Below, piece after piece: positions 28,039 to 37,720 of a stretch of 64,000 nucleotides of DNA (position 1 is the first letter of the stretch; the number at the start of each line of letters is the position of its first letter). This stretch comes from an uncultured Actinomycetota bacterium (GTDB lineage: Bacteria > Actinomycetota > Actinomycetes > CAVWCF01), in contig CAVOOM010000007.1 in the NCBI GenBank assembly GCA_963697565.1, positions 192,866 to 256,865 of the forward strand, written 5' to 3'. Below the pieces are notes generated by a model. The model did no database searches and was not told the origin of the DNA. It worked only from the letters and a program-made list of their open reading frames with translations. The position numbers were made by a program, and so were the translations under genes.

Positions 28039-29174
28039 GCGTGCGCTCCTGTCGACTCGGTTCCGGCGGACTCCAGCGCCCGCTTGACGCTCTCGAGCAA
28101 CTCACCCCAGGAGTCCTCGAACTTGCTCACACCCTCGTCCTCGAGCACGGCGACCACGTCGGCGTAGTCGATGCCGACCGCGGCCAGCGCCGCCAGCGCG
28201 GCGTGCGCGCCGGCATGCTCGGGGGCCACGGTGTCGCCGCGCACCCGGCCGTGGTCGGCCACGGCGTCCAGGGTGGCCTCCGGCATCGTGTTGACGGTGC
28301 CGGAGGTCACCAGGTCGACGACATAGCGGGTGTCGTCGTACGCGGGGTCCTTGACGCCGGTCGAGGCCCACAGCGGGCGCTGCGGCCGGGCGCCCAAGGC
28401 GGCCAGCGCCGCCCACCGCGGGCCGGCCACCACCTCGGCGAAGGCCTCGTGCGCGAGGCGGGCGTTGGCGATCGCCGCCGTGCCCTTGAGGGCGATCGCG
28501 TCGGGGCCGCCGATGCGGTCCAGCCGCGCGTCGACCTCGGTGTCGACCCGGCTGACGAAGAACGAGGCGACGCTGGCGATGCCGGCCAGGTCGCGCCCGG
28601 CCGCCGCGGCGGCCTCCAGGCCGGACAGCCACGCGTCGAGCACGGCGCGGTAGCGGTCCAGGGCGAAGATGAGGGTGACGTTGACCGAGATGCCCTCGGC
28701 CAGGCACGCGGTGACCGCCGGCAGCCCCTCGACCGTGGCCGGGATCTTGATGAGCAGGTTCGGCCGGTCGACCGCCCACCACAGGGCGCGCGCCTCGGCG
28801 AGCGTGGCGGCGCCGTCGCGCGCGAGCCGCGGGTCGACCTCGATCGAGACGCGCCCGTCGAGGCCGTCGCTGGCGGCGGCGACCTCGGCCAGCACGTCGC
28901 AGGCCCACCGGACGTCGTACGTCGTGAGCGCGCGCACCGCCTCCTCGACCCCAACGCCTCGAACGGCCAGGTCGCGCAGCTGCGCGGCGTACGGGCCGGC
29001 CTGCGCGAGCGCCTTGGCGAAGATGGTGGGGTTCGTCGTGACGCCCGTGACGTGGCGGTCGCGGATCAGGGCGGCCAGGCCGCCGGACTCCAGGCGGGCG
29101 CGGGAGAGGTCATCCAGCCAGATCGACACCCCGGCGTCGACGAGCGCGGCCAGCGGGGCGTTCGGGTCGGGCAT
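28035..29174 (-). CDS. tal: Transaldolase
   Basis: Intact 379 aa; [27 protein letters not shown] motifs. Confidence 0.93.
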   Translation of the reverse strand: MPDPNAPLAALVDAGVSIWLDDLSRARLESGGLAALIRDRHVTGVTTNPTIFAKALAQAGPYAAQLRDLAVRGVGVEEAVRALTTYDVRWACDVLAEVAAASDGLDGRVSIEVDPRLARDGAATLAEARALWWAVDRPNLLIKIPATVEGLPAVTACLAEGISVNVTLIFALDRYRAVLDAWLSGLEAAAAAGRDLAGIASVASFFVSRVDTEVDARLDRIGGPDAIALKGTAAIANARLAHEAFAEVVAGPRWAALAALGARPQRPLWASTGVKDPAYDDTRYVVDLVTSGTVNTMPEATLDAVADHGRVRGDTVAPEHAGAHAALAALAAVGIDYADVVAVLEDEGVSKFEDSWGELLESVKRALESAGTESTGAHA

Positions 29175-29226
29175 GGGGCCTCCTTGGCTGCTGCCCCCGG
29201 CGGGGGATCGGGCGGGGTCGGGCTGG

Positions 29227-31293
29227 CTAGCGGGCGGGACCGGCCGCGCGCTTGAGGGAATCGCGGGCGGCGGCGACCACTGCGTCCGCCGTGATGCCGA
29301 ACTCGCTGTAGAGCCGCTGGTGGTCGGCCGAGGCGCCGAAGTGGTCGAGCCCGACCGAGCGGCCCGCGTCGCCGACGTAGGCGGGCCAGCCCTGGGTGAC
29401 GCCGGCCTCCACCGACACCCGCGCGCGGACGGCGGCCGGAAGGACCGACTCGCGGTAGGCGTCGTCCTGCTCGGCGAACCACTCCAGGCACGGCGCGGAG
29501 ACGACGCGCACCCGCAGCCCCTCGCCGCGCAGGGTGGTCGCGGCCGCCAAGGCCAGCTGCACCTCGGAGCCGGTGGCGATCAGGATCACGTCCGGCTGGC
29601 CGCCGTGGTCGGTGAGCACGTACGCCCCCCGGCGGACCTGGTCGGCCGAGACGTCCGCGGGGTCGAGGACGGGGACGTTCTGCCGGGTGAGCGCGAGCGC
29701 CACCGGCCCGCGGTCGCGCTCCAGCAGGACCTGCCAGGCCGCGGCCGTCTCGTTGGCGTCGGCCGGCCGCACGACCGACAGCCCCGGGATCGCCCGCAGC
29801 GCCCACAGGTGCTCGACCGGCTGGTGCGTGGGGCCGTCCTCGCCCAGCCCGATCGAGTCGTGCGACCAGACGTACGTGACGGGGGCGCCCATCAGCGCGG
29901 CCAGCCGCACGGCGCCGCGCATGTAGTCGGAGAAGACCAGGAAGGTGCCGCCGTACGGCCGGGTGGGCCCGTGCAGCGCGATGCCGTTCATGGCCGCGCC
30001 CATCGCGTGCTCGCGGATTCCGTAGTGCACGGTGCGGCCCTGCGGGACGCCCGGCAGGAACGAGGCGGCGCCCTTCATCGAGGTGTTGTTGGACCCCGCC
30101 AGGTCGGCGGAGCCGCCCCACAGCTCGGGCAGCACATCCGCCAGCGCCGAGAGCACGTCGCCCGAGGCCACCCGGGTGGCGACGCCCTTGGGGGCGTCGG
30201 CGGGGGACCACGTTGGCAAGGCCGCGGTCCAGCCGTCCGGCAGCGCCCGGGAGAGCAGCCGGTCGAGGAGCGCGGCGCGCTCGGGTTGGGCCGCGCGCCA
30301 GGCGGCGAGATCGGCGTCCCACGCGGCGCGGGCCGCGGCGCCGCGGTCGGCGACCTGGCGGGTGTGGGCCAGCACGTCGTCGGCCACGGCGAAGGACTCG
30401 GCGGGGTCGAAGCCGAGGATCTCCTTGGTGGCCGCGACCTCCGCGGCGCCGAGGGCCGAGCCGTGCGACTTGCCGGTGTTCTGCAGCGTCGGGGCGGGCC
30501 AGGCGATGATCGTCTCCAGGGCGATGAACGACGGCCGGGCCGTCTCCGCCCGCGCGGCCTCCAGCGCCGCGGCCAGCGCCTCGACGTCGACGCTGCCGTC
30601 CTCGGCGCGCCCCACGCGCTGCACCTGCCAGCCGTACGCGGCGTAGCGCGCGACGGTGTCCTCGGTGAAGGCGATCGCGGTGTCGCCCTCGATCGAGATG
30701 TGGTTGTCGTCCCAGATGACCACCAGGTTGCCGAGGGCCTGCGTCCCGGCCAGCGAGGAGGCCTCGGCCGAGACGCCCTCCTGCAGGTCGCCGTCGGAGG
30801 CCAGCACCCAGATCAGGTGGTCGAACGGGCTGGCGCCCTCGGGCGCCTCCGGGTCGAGCAGGTCGCGCTCGCGGCGGGCAGCCATGGCCATGCCGACGGC
30901 GGTCGCCACGCCCTGGCCCAGCGGGCCGGTGGTGGTCTCGACGCCGGCGGTGTGGCCGTACTCGGGGTGCCCGGGGGTCTGGCTGCCCCAGGTGCGGAAG
31001 GACATCAGGTCGTCGAGCGACAGCGGGTAGCCGGACAGGTAGAGCTGGATGTACAGCGTGAGGCTGGAGTGGCCGCACGACAGCACGAAGCGGTCGCGGC
31101 CGAGCCAGGACGGGTCGGCCGGATCGTGGCGGATGAACCGCTGGAACAGCAGGTACGCCGCAGGCGCCAGGCTCATCGCGGTGCCGGGGTGGCCGTTGCC
31201 CACCCGCTCCACCGCGTCCATGGCGAGGACCCGGGCGGTGGCCACCGCACGCTGGTCGAGGTCGGTCCAGGTCAAGGCGGTCGGGGCGCTCAC
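29227..31293 (-). CDS. tkt: Transketolase
   Basis: GTG 31293 ([17 protein letters not shown]...) inside ORF 29227..31683-. [36 protein letters not shown]. Confidence 0.95.
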   Translation of the reverse strand: MSAPTALTWTDLDQRAVATARVLAMDAVERVGNGHPGTAMSLAPAAYLLFQRFIRHDPADPSWLGRDRFVLSCGHSSLTLYIQLYLSGYPLSLDDLMSFRTWGSQTPGHPEYGHTAGVETTTGPLGQGVATAVGMAMAARRERDLLDPEAPEGASPFDHLIWVLASDGDLQEGVSAEASSLAGTQALGNLVVIWDDNHISIEGDTAIAFTEDTVARYAAYGWQVQRVGRAEDGSVDVEALAAALEAARAETARPSFIALETIIAWPAPTLQNTGKSHGSALGAAEVAATKEILGFDPAESFAVADDVLAHTRQVADRGAAARAAWDADLAAWRAAQPERAALLDRLLSRALPDGWTAALPTWSPADAPKGVATRVASGDVLSALADVLPELWGGSADLAGSNNTSMKGAASFLPGVPQGRTVHYGIREHAMGAAMNGIALHGPTRPYGGTFLVFSDYMRGAVRLAALMGAPVTYVWSHDSIGLGEDGPTHQPVEHLWALRAIPGLSVVRPADANETAAAWQVLLERDRGPVALALTRQNVPVLDPADVSADQVRRGAYVLTDHGGQPDVILIATGSEVQLALAAATTLRGEGLRVRVVSAPCLEWFAEQDDAYRESVLPAAVRARVSVEAGVTQGWPAYVGDAGRSVGLDHFGASADHQRLYSEFGITADAVVAAARDSLKRAAGPAR

Positions 31294-31426
31294 AGAGGTC
31301 CTCGTCGGGCTGGCGGGCGGACGGAGAGGCCCGTACGGCGGGCCGGGCCCCGCGAGCCTACCGGCTAGAGTGGGCCTGCTTCGGTGCCCTTGCGGCGCCG
31401 TCTCCCGAGCCCGCCCAGCCACCGAG

Positions 31427-32389
31427 GTGCGTGTGACCGCCGTGGATCCCCGACCCCCCGCGGGTTCGGCGTCTGCGCATGACGAGGTCCACGTCGCCCG
31501 TGCCCGCCGGGGCGTCGGCGCGACGCTCAAGGCGTACGTCGCGCTCACCAAGCCGCGGATCATCGAGCTGCTCCTCGTCACCACCATCCCGACCATGATC
31601 TTGGCTGAGCGGGGGCTGCCGCCGCTCAGCCTGGTCGTGGCGACGCTCGTTGGCGGCACGCTGGCCGCGGCCAGCGCCAACACGCTGAACTGCTACCTCG
31701 ACCGCGACATCGACGTGCTGATGCACCGCACCGCGGGCCGGCCCCTGGTCACCGGCGAGGTGAGCCCCCGCGAGGCGCTGGTCTTCGGCGGCGTGCTCGG
31801 CGTGCTGTCGGTGGTGTGGATGGCGTTGCTGGTCAACCCGGTGTCGGCGGCGCTGACCTTGGCCGCTATCGCGTTCTACGTCTTCGTCTACACCCTGGGG
31901 CTGAAGCGCCGCACCCCGCAGAACATCGTCTGGGGCGGCGCGGCCGGGTGCATGCCGGTGCTCATCGGCTGGTCGGCCGTGACGGGCACTGTGGGCTGGG
32001 CCGCGCTGATCCTCTTCGGCGTGGTGTTCCTGTGGACGCCGCCGCACTACTGGCCGCTGTCGCTGCGCTTCAAGGACGACTACGCCGCCGCCGGGGTGCC
32101 GATGCTGCCCGTGGTGGCCGCGGCGCAGACGGTCACCAAGCAGATCATCGTCTACTCCTGGGCGATGGTGGCCGTCTCGTTGCTGCTGTGGCCCGTCGCC
32201 CCCACCGGGTGGATCTACGCGTCCACGGCCGTGCTCGCCGGCGGCTGGTTCCTGTACGAGGCCCACGCCATGGGTTGGCGGGTGCGCCGCGGCCAGCCCC
32301 CCAAGCCGATGCGGCTGTTCCACGGCTCGATCACGTACCTCACGCTGCTCTTCGTCGCCGTCGCCGTCGACGCGGTCATCCTCGGCTGA
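31427..32389 (+). CDS. ctaB: Heme o synthase (protoheme IX farnesyltransferase)
   Basis: [36 protein letters not shown] within ORF 31049..32389. The start (GTG 31427 or 31433) is uncertain. Confidence 0.9.
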   Translation: MRVTAVDPRPPAGSASAHDEVHVARARRGVGATLKAYVALTKPRIIELLLVTTIPTMILAERGLPPLSLVVATLVGGTLAAASANTLNCYLDRDIDVLMHRTAGRPLVTGEVSPREALVFGGVLGVLSVVWMALLVNPVSAALTLAAIAFYVFVYTLGLKRRTPQNIVWGGAAGCMPVLIGWSAVTGTVGWAALILFGVVFLWTPPHYWPLSLRFKDDYAAAGVPMLPVVAAAQTVTKQIIVYSWAMVAVSLLLWPVAPTGWIYASTAVLAGGWFLYEAHAMGWRVRRGQPPKPMRLFHGSITYLTLLFVAVAVDAVILG

Positions 32390-32404
32390 CCCGCGCCCCC
32401 TCCC

Positions 32405-32439
32405 GGGTTGACCACCCGCCCCCTGGGTTGATCAAGCAG
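32405..32439 (+). repeat. Direct repeat GGGTTGACCA (32405-32414) and GGGTTGATCA (32425-32434, extended as the 15-mer GGGTTGATCAAGCAG), spaced 20 bp
   Basis: Read directly. It lies in the ctaB-downstream intergenic region, about 100 bp upstream of the ATG at 32538. The same 15-mer recurs twice at 33112-33160. Confidence 0.6.
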
Positions 32440-32537
32440 AAATGGCGGGGGCTGGCCTTAGGACTGGGCTAGCGCCGCGTTGACGCGCGCTCCTGCACGG
32501 TGGGACCTGACCGACCCACCCCCCACAGGAGGACCCC

Positions 32538-33095
32538 ATGCGCATCTCCCGCACCGTCACCGTCATCGTCGCCACGCTCGCCGTGGTCGGCTCCGGCGCC
32601 GCACTCGCGGCGGCCGCCACAACGGCCACCCCCGATGACCGCGGCGGCCTCAACCCGCGCGACACCCGGGTCGAGCCCGGCGACGACCGCGGCATCGACG
32701 CGACCCCGCGCGCCGGCGCCGACGGACGCCGCCTCGCCCGAGGCAACCCCGGACGCAACCCCAGCGCGCAGCCCAGCCCGGAGGACTCCGGCACCGCCGT
32801 CAGCGGGCGGGACCTGCCCCGAGACCAGCGCTTCGAGCCCGGGCGACGACCGCCGGGTGCAGGGTGCCCCCGCCGGGACGTCCTCGCCGTCGGCGGATGC
32901 CGCCGACGACGACAGCGCCGACGCACGGACGACAACGGCACGGACGATTCCGACCGCAGCGGCAGCAACAGCGGCTCGGACGACAGCGCTTCGGACAGAA
33001 GAGTGGCTCGGACGATTCCGACCGCAGCGGCAGCAACAGCGGCTCGGACGACAGCGGGACGCAGCGGCTCGGAGCACGGCCCGAACCACGGCTGA
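32538..33095 (+). CDS. Low-complexity (D/S/G/R/P-rich) secreted protein; reading frame uncertain, probably about 4 frame breaks
   Basis: Signal peptide MRISRTVTVIVATLAVVGSGAALAAA. Motifs EPGDDRG, EPGDDRR and GSDDSDRSGSNSGSDDS are recoverable only by switching among the three plus frames (ORFs 32538, 32500, 32864). Confidence 0.4.
   Translation: MRISRTVTVIVATLAVVGSGAALAAAATTATPDDRGGLNPRDTRVEPGDDRGIDATPRAGADGRRLARGNPGRNPSAQPSPEDSGTAVSGRDLPRDQRFEPGRRPPGAGCPRRDVLAVGGCRRRRQRRRTDDNGTDDSDRSGSNSGSDDSASDRRVARTIPTAAAATAARTTAGRSGSEHGPNHG
32941..33056 (+). repeat. Perfect 48-nt direct repeat (32941-32988 and 33009-33056) with a 68-nt period, inside the low-complexity gene
   Basis: Read directly: CGGACGATTCCGACCGCAGCGGCAGCAACAGCGGCTCGGACGACAGCG occurs twice. 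The period is not a multiple of 3. Confidence 0.85.
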
Positions 33096-33111
33096 CCCAC
33101 GCCAGGTGACC

Positions 33112-33160
33112 AAGCCTGCTTGATCAACCCCACCTGAGGGTGGGTTGATCAAGCAGGCTT
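33112..33160. terminator. Very strong hairpin (19-bp perfect stem plus 3 more pairs after one bulge) between convergent genes; a putative bidirectional terminator built from two inverted copies of GGGTTGATCAAGCAG
   Basis: AAGCCTGCTTGATCAACCC (33112-33130) pairs with GGGTTGATCAAGCAGGCTT (33142-33160). No U-tract on either strand. Confidence 0.5.
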
Positions 33161-33203
33161 GGCGCGTAGGGTGGGATCACGGTGGGGTCGGCAGATCGGG
33201 GGG

Positions 33204-34502
33204 TCAGACTGGCTGGGGCGGGCTGGCTCCCAGTGTCAGCTCGACCACGGAGCCGCCCCCGGGTCGCGGTCGCACCACCAACCCGCCACCCGCGGCCTCG
33301 GCCGCGCGGCGCGCGATGTCGAGGCCCAGCCCGGTCGACCCGGCGCCGCTGGCGCCCCGGGCCAGCGCCTCGGGCGCGATACCCGGGCCGGAGTCCTCGA
33401 CCCGCACCGTCACCAGCCCGCCGGCATCGCGCCCGGCCCACACCGCCGCAGCCGAGCCGTCGGGGGTGTGCGCGAAGACGTTGCCGATCAGGGCGTCGAG
33501 GGCCGCGTCCAGGCTGGCGCGGTCAAGCCGCGCGGGCAGCGGGTCCACGGCCACGGTCAGCGCGAGGGCGCGCCCCTGATCGTCGGCCAGCGCCGACCAG
33601 AACGCGACGCGCTCCCGTACGGCGACGGCCGCGTCACAGGTCAGCGTGGCCCCCTCCCGCACCGGCCGGCGCACCTCGGCGATGAGCGCGTCGACCTCGC
33701 GGGAAAGGGCGTCGACGTCGTCCAGCACCTGATCACGACCTGGACCCTCCGGGAGCCCTTCGGCATCCAGGCGCAGCGCGGTGACGGGGGTCCGCAGGCG
33801 GTGCGACAGGTCGGCGACCGCCTCCCGCTCGTCCTGGAGCAGCCCCGAGATCCGGTCGCCGAGCAGATTGAGGCTGCGGCCCACCTCGGCGATCTCGGGC
33901 GGGCCCTCGGTGGCCGCCCTGGCCGAGAGGTCTCCGTCGGCGAGGCGATGGGCGGCTGCGGCGGCCGACCGCGCCGGCCCCACCACTGACCGGGCGATCC
34001 GGTCGGCGACGAGCATCGCCATCGCGAAGACCGCGGCGGCCAGGGCGATCAGCGCGATGCTGGCGGAGGCGACCCCGCGGCTGACCTCGTCCGGCGGGAT
34101 CTCGGCGCGCACGACCCAGGTGCCGTCCGGCTTGCTGACAGGCACCGCGATCTCCCGGCCCCCGTCGGCGGTCTGCACGGTGGCCGAGGCGCCGGCCTGG
34201 GCCGCCTGCACCGCGGCCGAGGATGTCGCGTCCGTCCCACCCTCCTCGCCGACGACGTCCCCAGTGGGGAGCACGACGGTCACCACGCTGGGGGTCTGGG
34301 CCCCTGCGGCCGCGGCGGCCGCGTCGACCGACGCGTCGTCACCCAGCGCCACGACGGGGACCAGGGCCTGCACGGCGCGGGTGGCCTCGGCGACCGCCCG
34401 GTCGGCGGCCGACTGGCGCACCAGCACGAGCAACGGGACCAGAAAGGCCAGCAGCACCAGTGCGGTCGACGCGGCCGTGGCCACCAGCAGCCGGCGCCTC
34501 AC
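33204..34502 (-). CDS. Sensor histidine kinase (2 TM, HAMP, HisKA, HATPase_c)
   Basis: Intact 432 aa; H-box DLSHRLRTPVTAL; G-box GLGLDIARR; two hydrophobic segments. The GTG overlaps the response-regulator stop (GTGA). Confidence 0.88.
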   Translation of the reverse strand: MRRRLLVATAASTALVLLAFLVPLLVLVRQSAADRAVAEATRAVQALVPVVALGDDASVDAAAAAAGAQTPSVVTVVLPTGDVVGEEGGTDATSSAAVQAAQAGASATVQTADGGREIAVPVSKPDGTWVVRAEIPPDEVSRGVASASIALIALAAAVFAMAMLVADRIARSVVGPARSAAAAAHRLADGDLSARAATEGPPEIAEVGRSLNLLGDRISGLLQDEREAVADLSHRLRTPVTALRLDAEGLPEGPGRDQVLDDVDALSREVDALIAEVRRPVREGATLTCDAAVAVRERVAFWSALADDQGRALALTVAVDPLPARLDRASLDAALDALIGNVFAHTPDGSAAAVWAGRDAGGLVTVRVEDSGPGIAPEALARGASGAGSTGLGLDIARRAAEAAGGGLVVRPRPGGGSVVELTLGASPPQPV

Positions 34503-35191
34503 GGGCTGGGCTCCACCAGCTTCACGCCCACCCCGCGGACCGACGCGATGAACCTCGGCTCCTGCGCGGTCTCGCCGAGCTTGCGGCGCAGCCAGGACAG
34601 GTGCACGTCGACGGTCTTGTCGGCCCCGCCGTACGCCGACTGCCAGACCTCGCGGAGCAGCTCGCGCTTGGTGACGACCGTCCCCGGCCGCGCGGCGAGG
34701 TACGCGAGCAGGTCGAACTCCTTGGGGGACAGGTCCAGAGTCCGGCCGTCGAGGGTCGCGGTCCGGCCGCGGACGTCAACCGTGAGCGGGCCCACGACGA
34801 GCGCCGCGTCGGCCTCGGGGGTCGCCGCCCGCCGCAGCACCGCCCGGATCCGGGCGTCCAACTGCTCGGCGGAGAAGGGCTTGATCAGGTAGTCGTCGGC
34901 CCCCGCGTCCAGCGCGCGCACGATCGAGGGGTCGTCGTCGCGCGCGGTGGCCACGATCACCGGCACCGTGTTGACCGCGCGCAGCATGCGCAGCAGCTCG
35001 ATGCCGTCCACGTCGGGCAGCCCGAGGTCCAGCACCACGAGGTCGGGCGCGACCCGCGCCAGCTCCCGAAGCGCCGAGAGCCCGTCGGGCGCCGACGCCA
35101 CCGCATGCCCGCGCTCGTCGAGGGCGCGGACCAGGGCGGTGCGGATCCGCGCGTCGTCCTCGACGATCAGAAGGCCTGCCACCTCGCCCAC
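34499..35191 (-). CDS. OmpR/PhoB-family response regulator
   Basis: LLIVEDDARIRTAL...DLVVLDLGLPDVDG receiver domain plus winged-helix LSPKEFDLLAYLA...VDVHLSWLRRKL. The start is GTG 35191 or 35182 inside ORF 34499..35647-. Confidence 0.9.
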   Translation of the reverse strand: MGEVAGLLIVEDDARIRTALVRALDERGHAVASAPDGLSALRELARVAPDLVVLDLGLPDVDGIELLRMLRAVNTVPVIVATARDDDPSIVRALDAGADDYLIKPFSAEQLDARIRAVLRRAATPEADAALVVGPLTVDVRGRTATLDGRTLDLSPKEFDLLAYLAARPGTVVTKRELLREVWQSAYGGADKTVDVHLSWLRRKLGETAQEPRFIASVRGVGVKLVEPSP

Positions 35192-35297
35192 GCTAGGGCA
35201 GCGGGCGGGTCCGCGTCGGCCACCCGCGCCGCCGGGACGCCGCCTTAGCCGATCCTTAGGAGCGCCTTGGCCGGCCCGCAAGCCGCCAGCGGGCACG

Positions 35298-35850
35298 ATG
35301 TCCCCCATGAGCCGTCCCTGGATGCTGGTCGCGCTGTGGGTGGCGGCGGGGCTCGCCGCCCTGATCGCCGGGCTCGCGGCCATCCAGACCGTGCGGACCG
35401 CGGTGGGCGAGCCGGTGGCGGGCGCGAACGCGGTGCCCCCCCAACCGGCGCCGACCCCGAGCGCCACCGCGACGCCGAGCCAGGACCCGACGCCCGCAGC
35501 GACGAGCCCCGGACCGGAGCCCACCGCCCCGGCGACGACGACCCCGAGTCGCCACCGCCGCCCCGCGGCCGACTGCCACCCAGCCCGCGCCGCCCCCGGC
35601 CGCCGCCACGGCGACCCTCTCCTCCGCAGGCGGCACGGTCGTGGCATCCTGCGCGGCGGGGACCGTGCGGCTGCTCGCCTGGAGCCCGGCCCCCGGATAC
35701 GCCGTGGACGAGGTCGAGGCCGGGCCGGCCGCCGAGGCCGAGGTCCGCTTCACCGGCGGCGGCAACCGGGTGCAGGTGGCGGTCACCTGCGGCGCCACCG
35801 GCCCCGAGCAGCGGGTGCGCGTCTCGGCGGACGGCGGCGACGACGACTGA
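35298..35850 (+). pseudogene. Membrane-anchored hypothetical protein (N-terminal TM, Pro/Thr/Ala-rich linker, small C-terminal domain); one +1 frame break near 35547
   Basis: MSPMSRPWMLVALWVAAGLAALIAGLAAI... (frame of ORF 34947..35936), then ...ATLSSAGGTVVASCAAGTVRLLAWSPAPGYAVDEVEAGP...VAVTCGATGPEQRVRVSADGGDDD (ORF 35641..35850 frame). Divergent from the two-component operon. Confidence 0.5.
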
Positions 35851-35892
35851 GCCGCCGCAGGCCGCGCCGGCGCGGCCGGGCAGACTGGGGCG

Positions 35893-36750
35893 ATGCCCCG
35901 CCTCGCCTATGTGACCAGCACGCCGCTCGCCGATGATCCAGACTTCGACATCCCGCATGCGGTCCCGGCCCTGGAGGCCGCGGGCTGGCAGGTCGAGCTG
36001 GCCCGGTGGGACGACCCCGCGGTCGACTGGGCCTCGTACGACGTCGTGGTGGTGCGCTCGCCGTGGGACTACGCCGAGCGGCGGGACGCCTTCCTCGCCT
36101 GGGCCCGGCAGGCGGACGCGGCATCGGTGCTGCTCAACCCGTACCCGGTCCTTGAGGCCAACACGCACAAGGGCTACCTGCGCGACCTCCAGGAGGCGGG
36201 GGTGCCCGTCGTGCCCACCCGGTGGTACGCCCCCGGCGACGCGCCGACCGTCGCCGACCTCGACGACCGGGTGGTGGTCAAGCCGGCCGTCTCGGCCGGG
36301 GCCCGCGACACCATCCTGACCGCCGACCGCGCCGAGGCGGAGGGGCACCTGGCGGTGCTCCTCGAGGCCGGCCGCGAGGCGATGGTGCAGCCCTACCTGG
36401 ACGCCGTCGACGCCGAGGGCGAGGTCTCGGCCGTGATCCTCGGCGGGGTGGCCAGCCACGCGGTCCGCAAGGTCCCGGCGCTCACCGAGGGCGGCCACGG
36501 CGACGCCAGCCGCGACCACCCGCTCACCGACGACCTGATCGCCGCCGCCGAGGCGGTGCTGGACGCCGCCGAGCCCGGCTGGCGGGGCCTGGTCTACGCG
36601 CGGGTGGACCTGGTGCGGGTCGACGGGGTCTGGACGCTGATGGAGTTGGAGCTCACCGAGCCCACGCTCTTCCTGGACCGCCATCCCGAGGCGCCGGCGC
36701 GCCTCGCGCGGGCGGTCGGCCAGGCCTACGCCGACGCCGTGCGGACCTAG
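35893..36750 (+). CDS. ATP-grasp domain protein (RimK/glutathione-synthetase-like)
   Basis: Intact 285 aa; layout typical of COG0189-type ATP-grasp proteins (..VVVRSPWDY..NTHKGYL..VVVKPAVSAGARDT..). The assignment is by motif recall, not a search. Confidence 0.7.
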   Translation: MPRLAYVTSTPLADDPDFDIPHAVPALEAAGWQVELARWDDPAVDWASYDVVVVRSPWDYAERRDAFLAWARQADAASVLLNPYPVLEANTHKGYLRDLQEAGVPVVPTRWYAPGDAPTVADLDDRVVVKPAVSAGARDTILTADRAEAEGHLAVLLEAGREAMVQPYLDAVDAEGEVSAVILGGVASHAVRKVPALTEGGHGDASRDHPLTDDLIAAAEAVLDAAEPGWRGLVYARVDLVRVDGVWTLMELELTEPTLFLDRHPEAPARLARAVGQAYADAVRT

Positions 36751-37688
36751 GCGGCCAGCGCGGCAGCGGGGTCGCTGGCCGGCTCGTCGCCGGCGCCGCC
36801 GTCGCGCGTGGACAGCGCGAACACGAGGCGAAGGGTGAACAGCCACACCAGGCAGGCGCCGAGCATGTGCAGCCCGACCAGGATCTCGGGCAGCCCGGTG
36901 AAGTACTGCGTGTAGCCGAGCAACCCCTGCGCCAGCGAGATGGCCAGCAGCTGCCAGGAGCGGCTGCGGGCCAGGGCCGGGGCGTCGACCAGGCGGAGCG
37001 CCACGATCATCGCGGCGGTGAGGCCGAGGAAGGCGATCACCAGGTCCGCGTGCAGCCACGACATCGCCTGGGGGTCCAGATCGAAGCGGGCGGGCGTGTC
37101 GGCGTCGCCGGAGTGCGGCCCGCTGCCGGTGACCACGGTCCCGACCACGAGCACAGCAACGGAGACCGCCACGAGCGCGCGGGCCAGCCAGCGGATCTCC
37201 GGCCGCACGAGGCTCGTGGCCGGGCCGTCCGACGACTCCGCTGAGCGGTGGAGCAGCAGCGCGGCGGCGGCGATCAGGGCCATCGACAGCAGGAAGTGCG
37301 CCGCCACGATGGCCGGGTTGAGCCCGGTGAGGACGGTGATGCCGCCGAGGATGGCCTGCGCCACGATGCCGAGCAGCCCGGCCGAGGCGAGCCAGACGAG
37401 CGGCCGTCGGCGGGGCCGGTGCCGCCAGGCGGCCGCCAGAGCGGCGATCGCCACGACCGCCAGCACGAAGGTGAGCAGCCGGTTGCCGAACTCGACGTAC
37501 TTGTGGAAGCCCTCGGCCTGCTCCACCGTCGGTGTGTAGGAACCAGGTGCGCACTCCGGCCAGGTGGGGCAGCCGAGCCCCGAGCCGGTCAACCGCACCG
37601 CGCCGCCGGTCACCACGATGCCGATCTGGCAGACGAGGTTCGCCTGGAACGTCCGGCGGGTCCACCGGCCGACGGGTCGCGCGCTCAC
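36747..37688 (-). CDS. ctaA: Heme A synthase (COX15/CtaA family)
   Basis: Intact 313 aa; GSGLGCPTWPEC, multiple TM helices with conserved His (HKYVEFGNR, AAHFLL, LHADLV, LHMLGA). Confidence 0.85.
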   Translation of the reverse strand: MSARPVGRWTRRTFQANLVCQIGIVVTGGAVRLTGSGLGCPTWPECAPGSYTPTVEQAEGFHKYVEFGNRLLTFVLAVVAIAALAAAWRHRPRRRPLVWLASAGLLGIVAQAILGGITVLTGLNPAIVAAHFLLSMALIAAAALLLHRSAESSDGPATSLVRPEIRWLARALVAVSVAVLVVGTVVTGSGPHSGDADTPARFDLDPQAMSWLHADLVIAFLGLTAAMIVALRLVDAPALARSRSWQLLAISLAQGLLGYTQYFTGLPEILVGLHMLGACLVWLFTLRLVFALSTRDGGAGDEPASDPAAALAA

Positions 37689-37720
37689 GGGTCGATCCTA
37701 GGTGGCGGTGCCTCCGGCGA

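Noticed and set aside
25958-28105. A 715-aa minus-strand ORF spanning pgi and the zwf N-terminus.
   Set aside because: Only its last 100 or so residues (the zwf N-terminus, from GTG 26410) are real coding sequence. The rest is an off-frame read-through of pgi.
32941-33056. The 48-nt repeats as a possible CRISPR array.
   Set aside because: There are only two copies, they lie inside a coding region with a 20-nt spacer, there are no cas genes, and the repeat encodes an acidic Ser/Asp peptide motif.
32405-33160. The TTGATCAA-containing repeats as terminal inverted repeats of an IS element or MITE.
   Set aside because: There is no transposase ORF between them and no recognisable target-site duplication, and the left copy is a direct (not inverted) pair. 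The observation is kept as a finding, but the mobile-element call itself is not supported.
35893-36750. The ATP-grasp gene as the core of a graspetide (omega-ester RiPP) cluster, with the upstream small protein as precursor.
   Set aside because: The upstream product is a 180-aa membrane-anchored protein, not a short leader-core peptide with Thr/Ser plus Asp/Glu core repeats. No protease or exporter is adjacent, and the enzyme looks like the generic RimK/GshB-like class. I could not support the idea from sequence.
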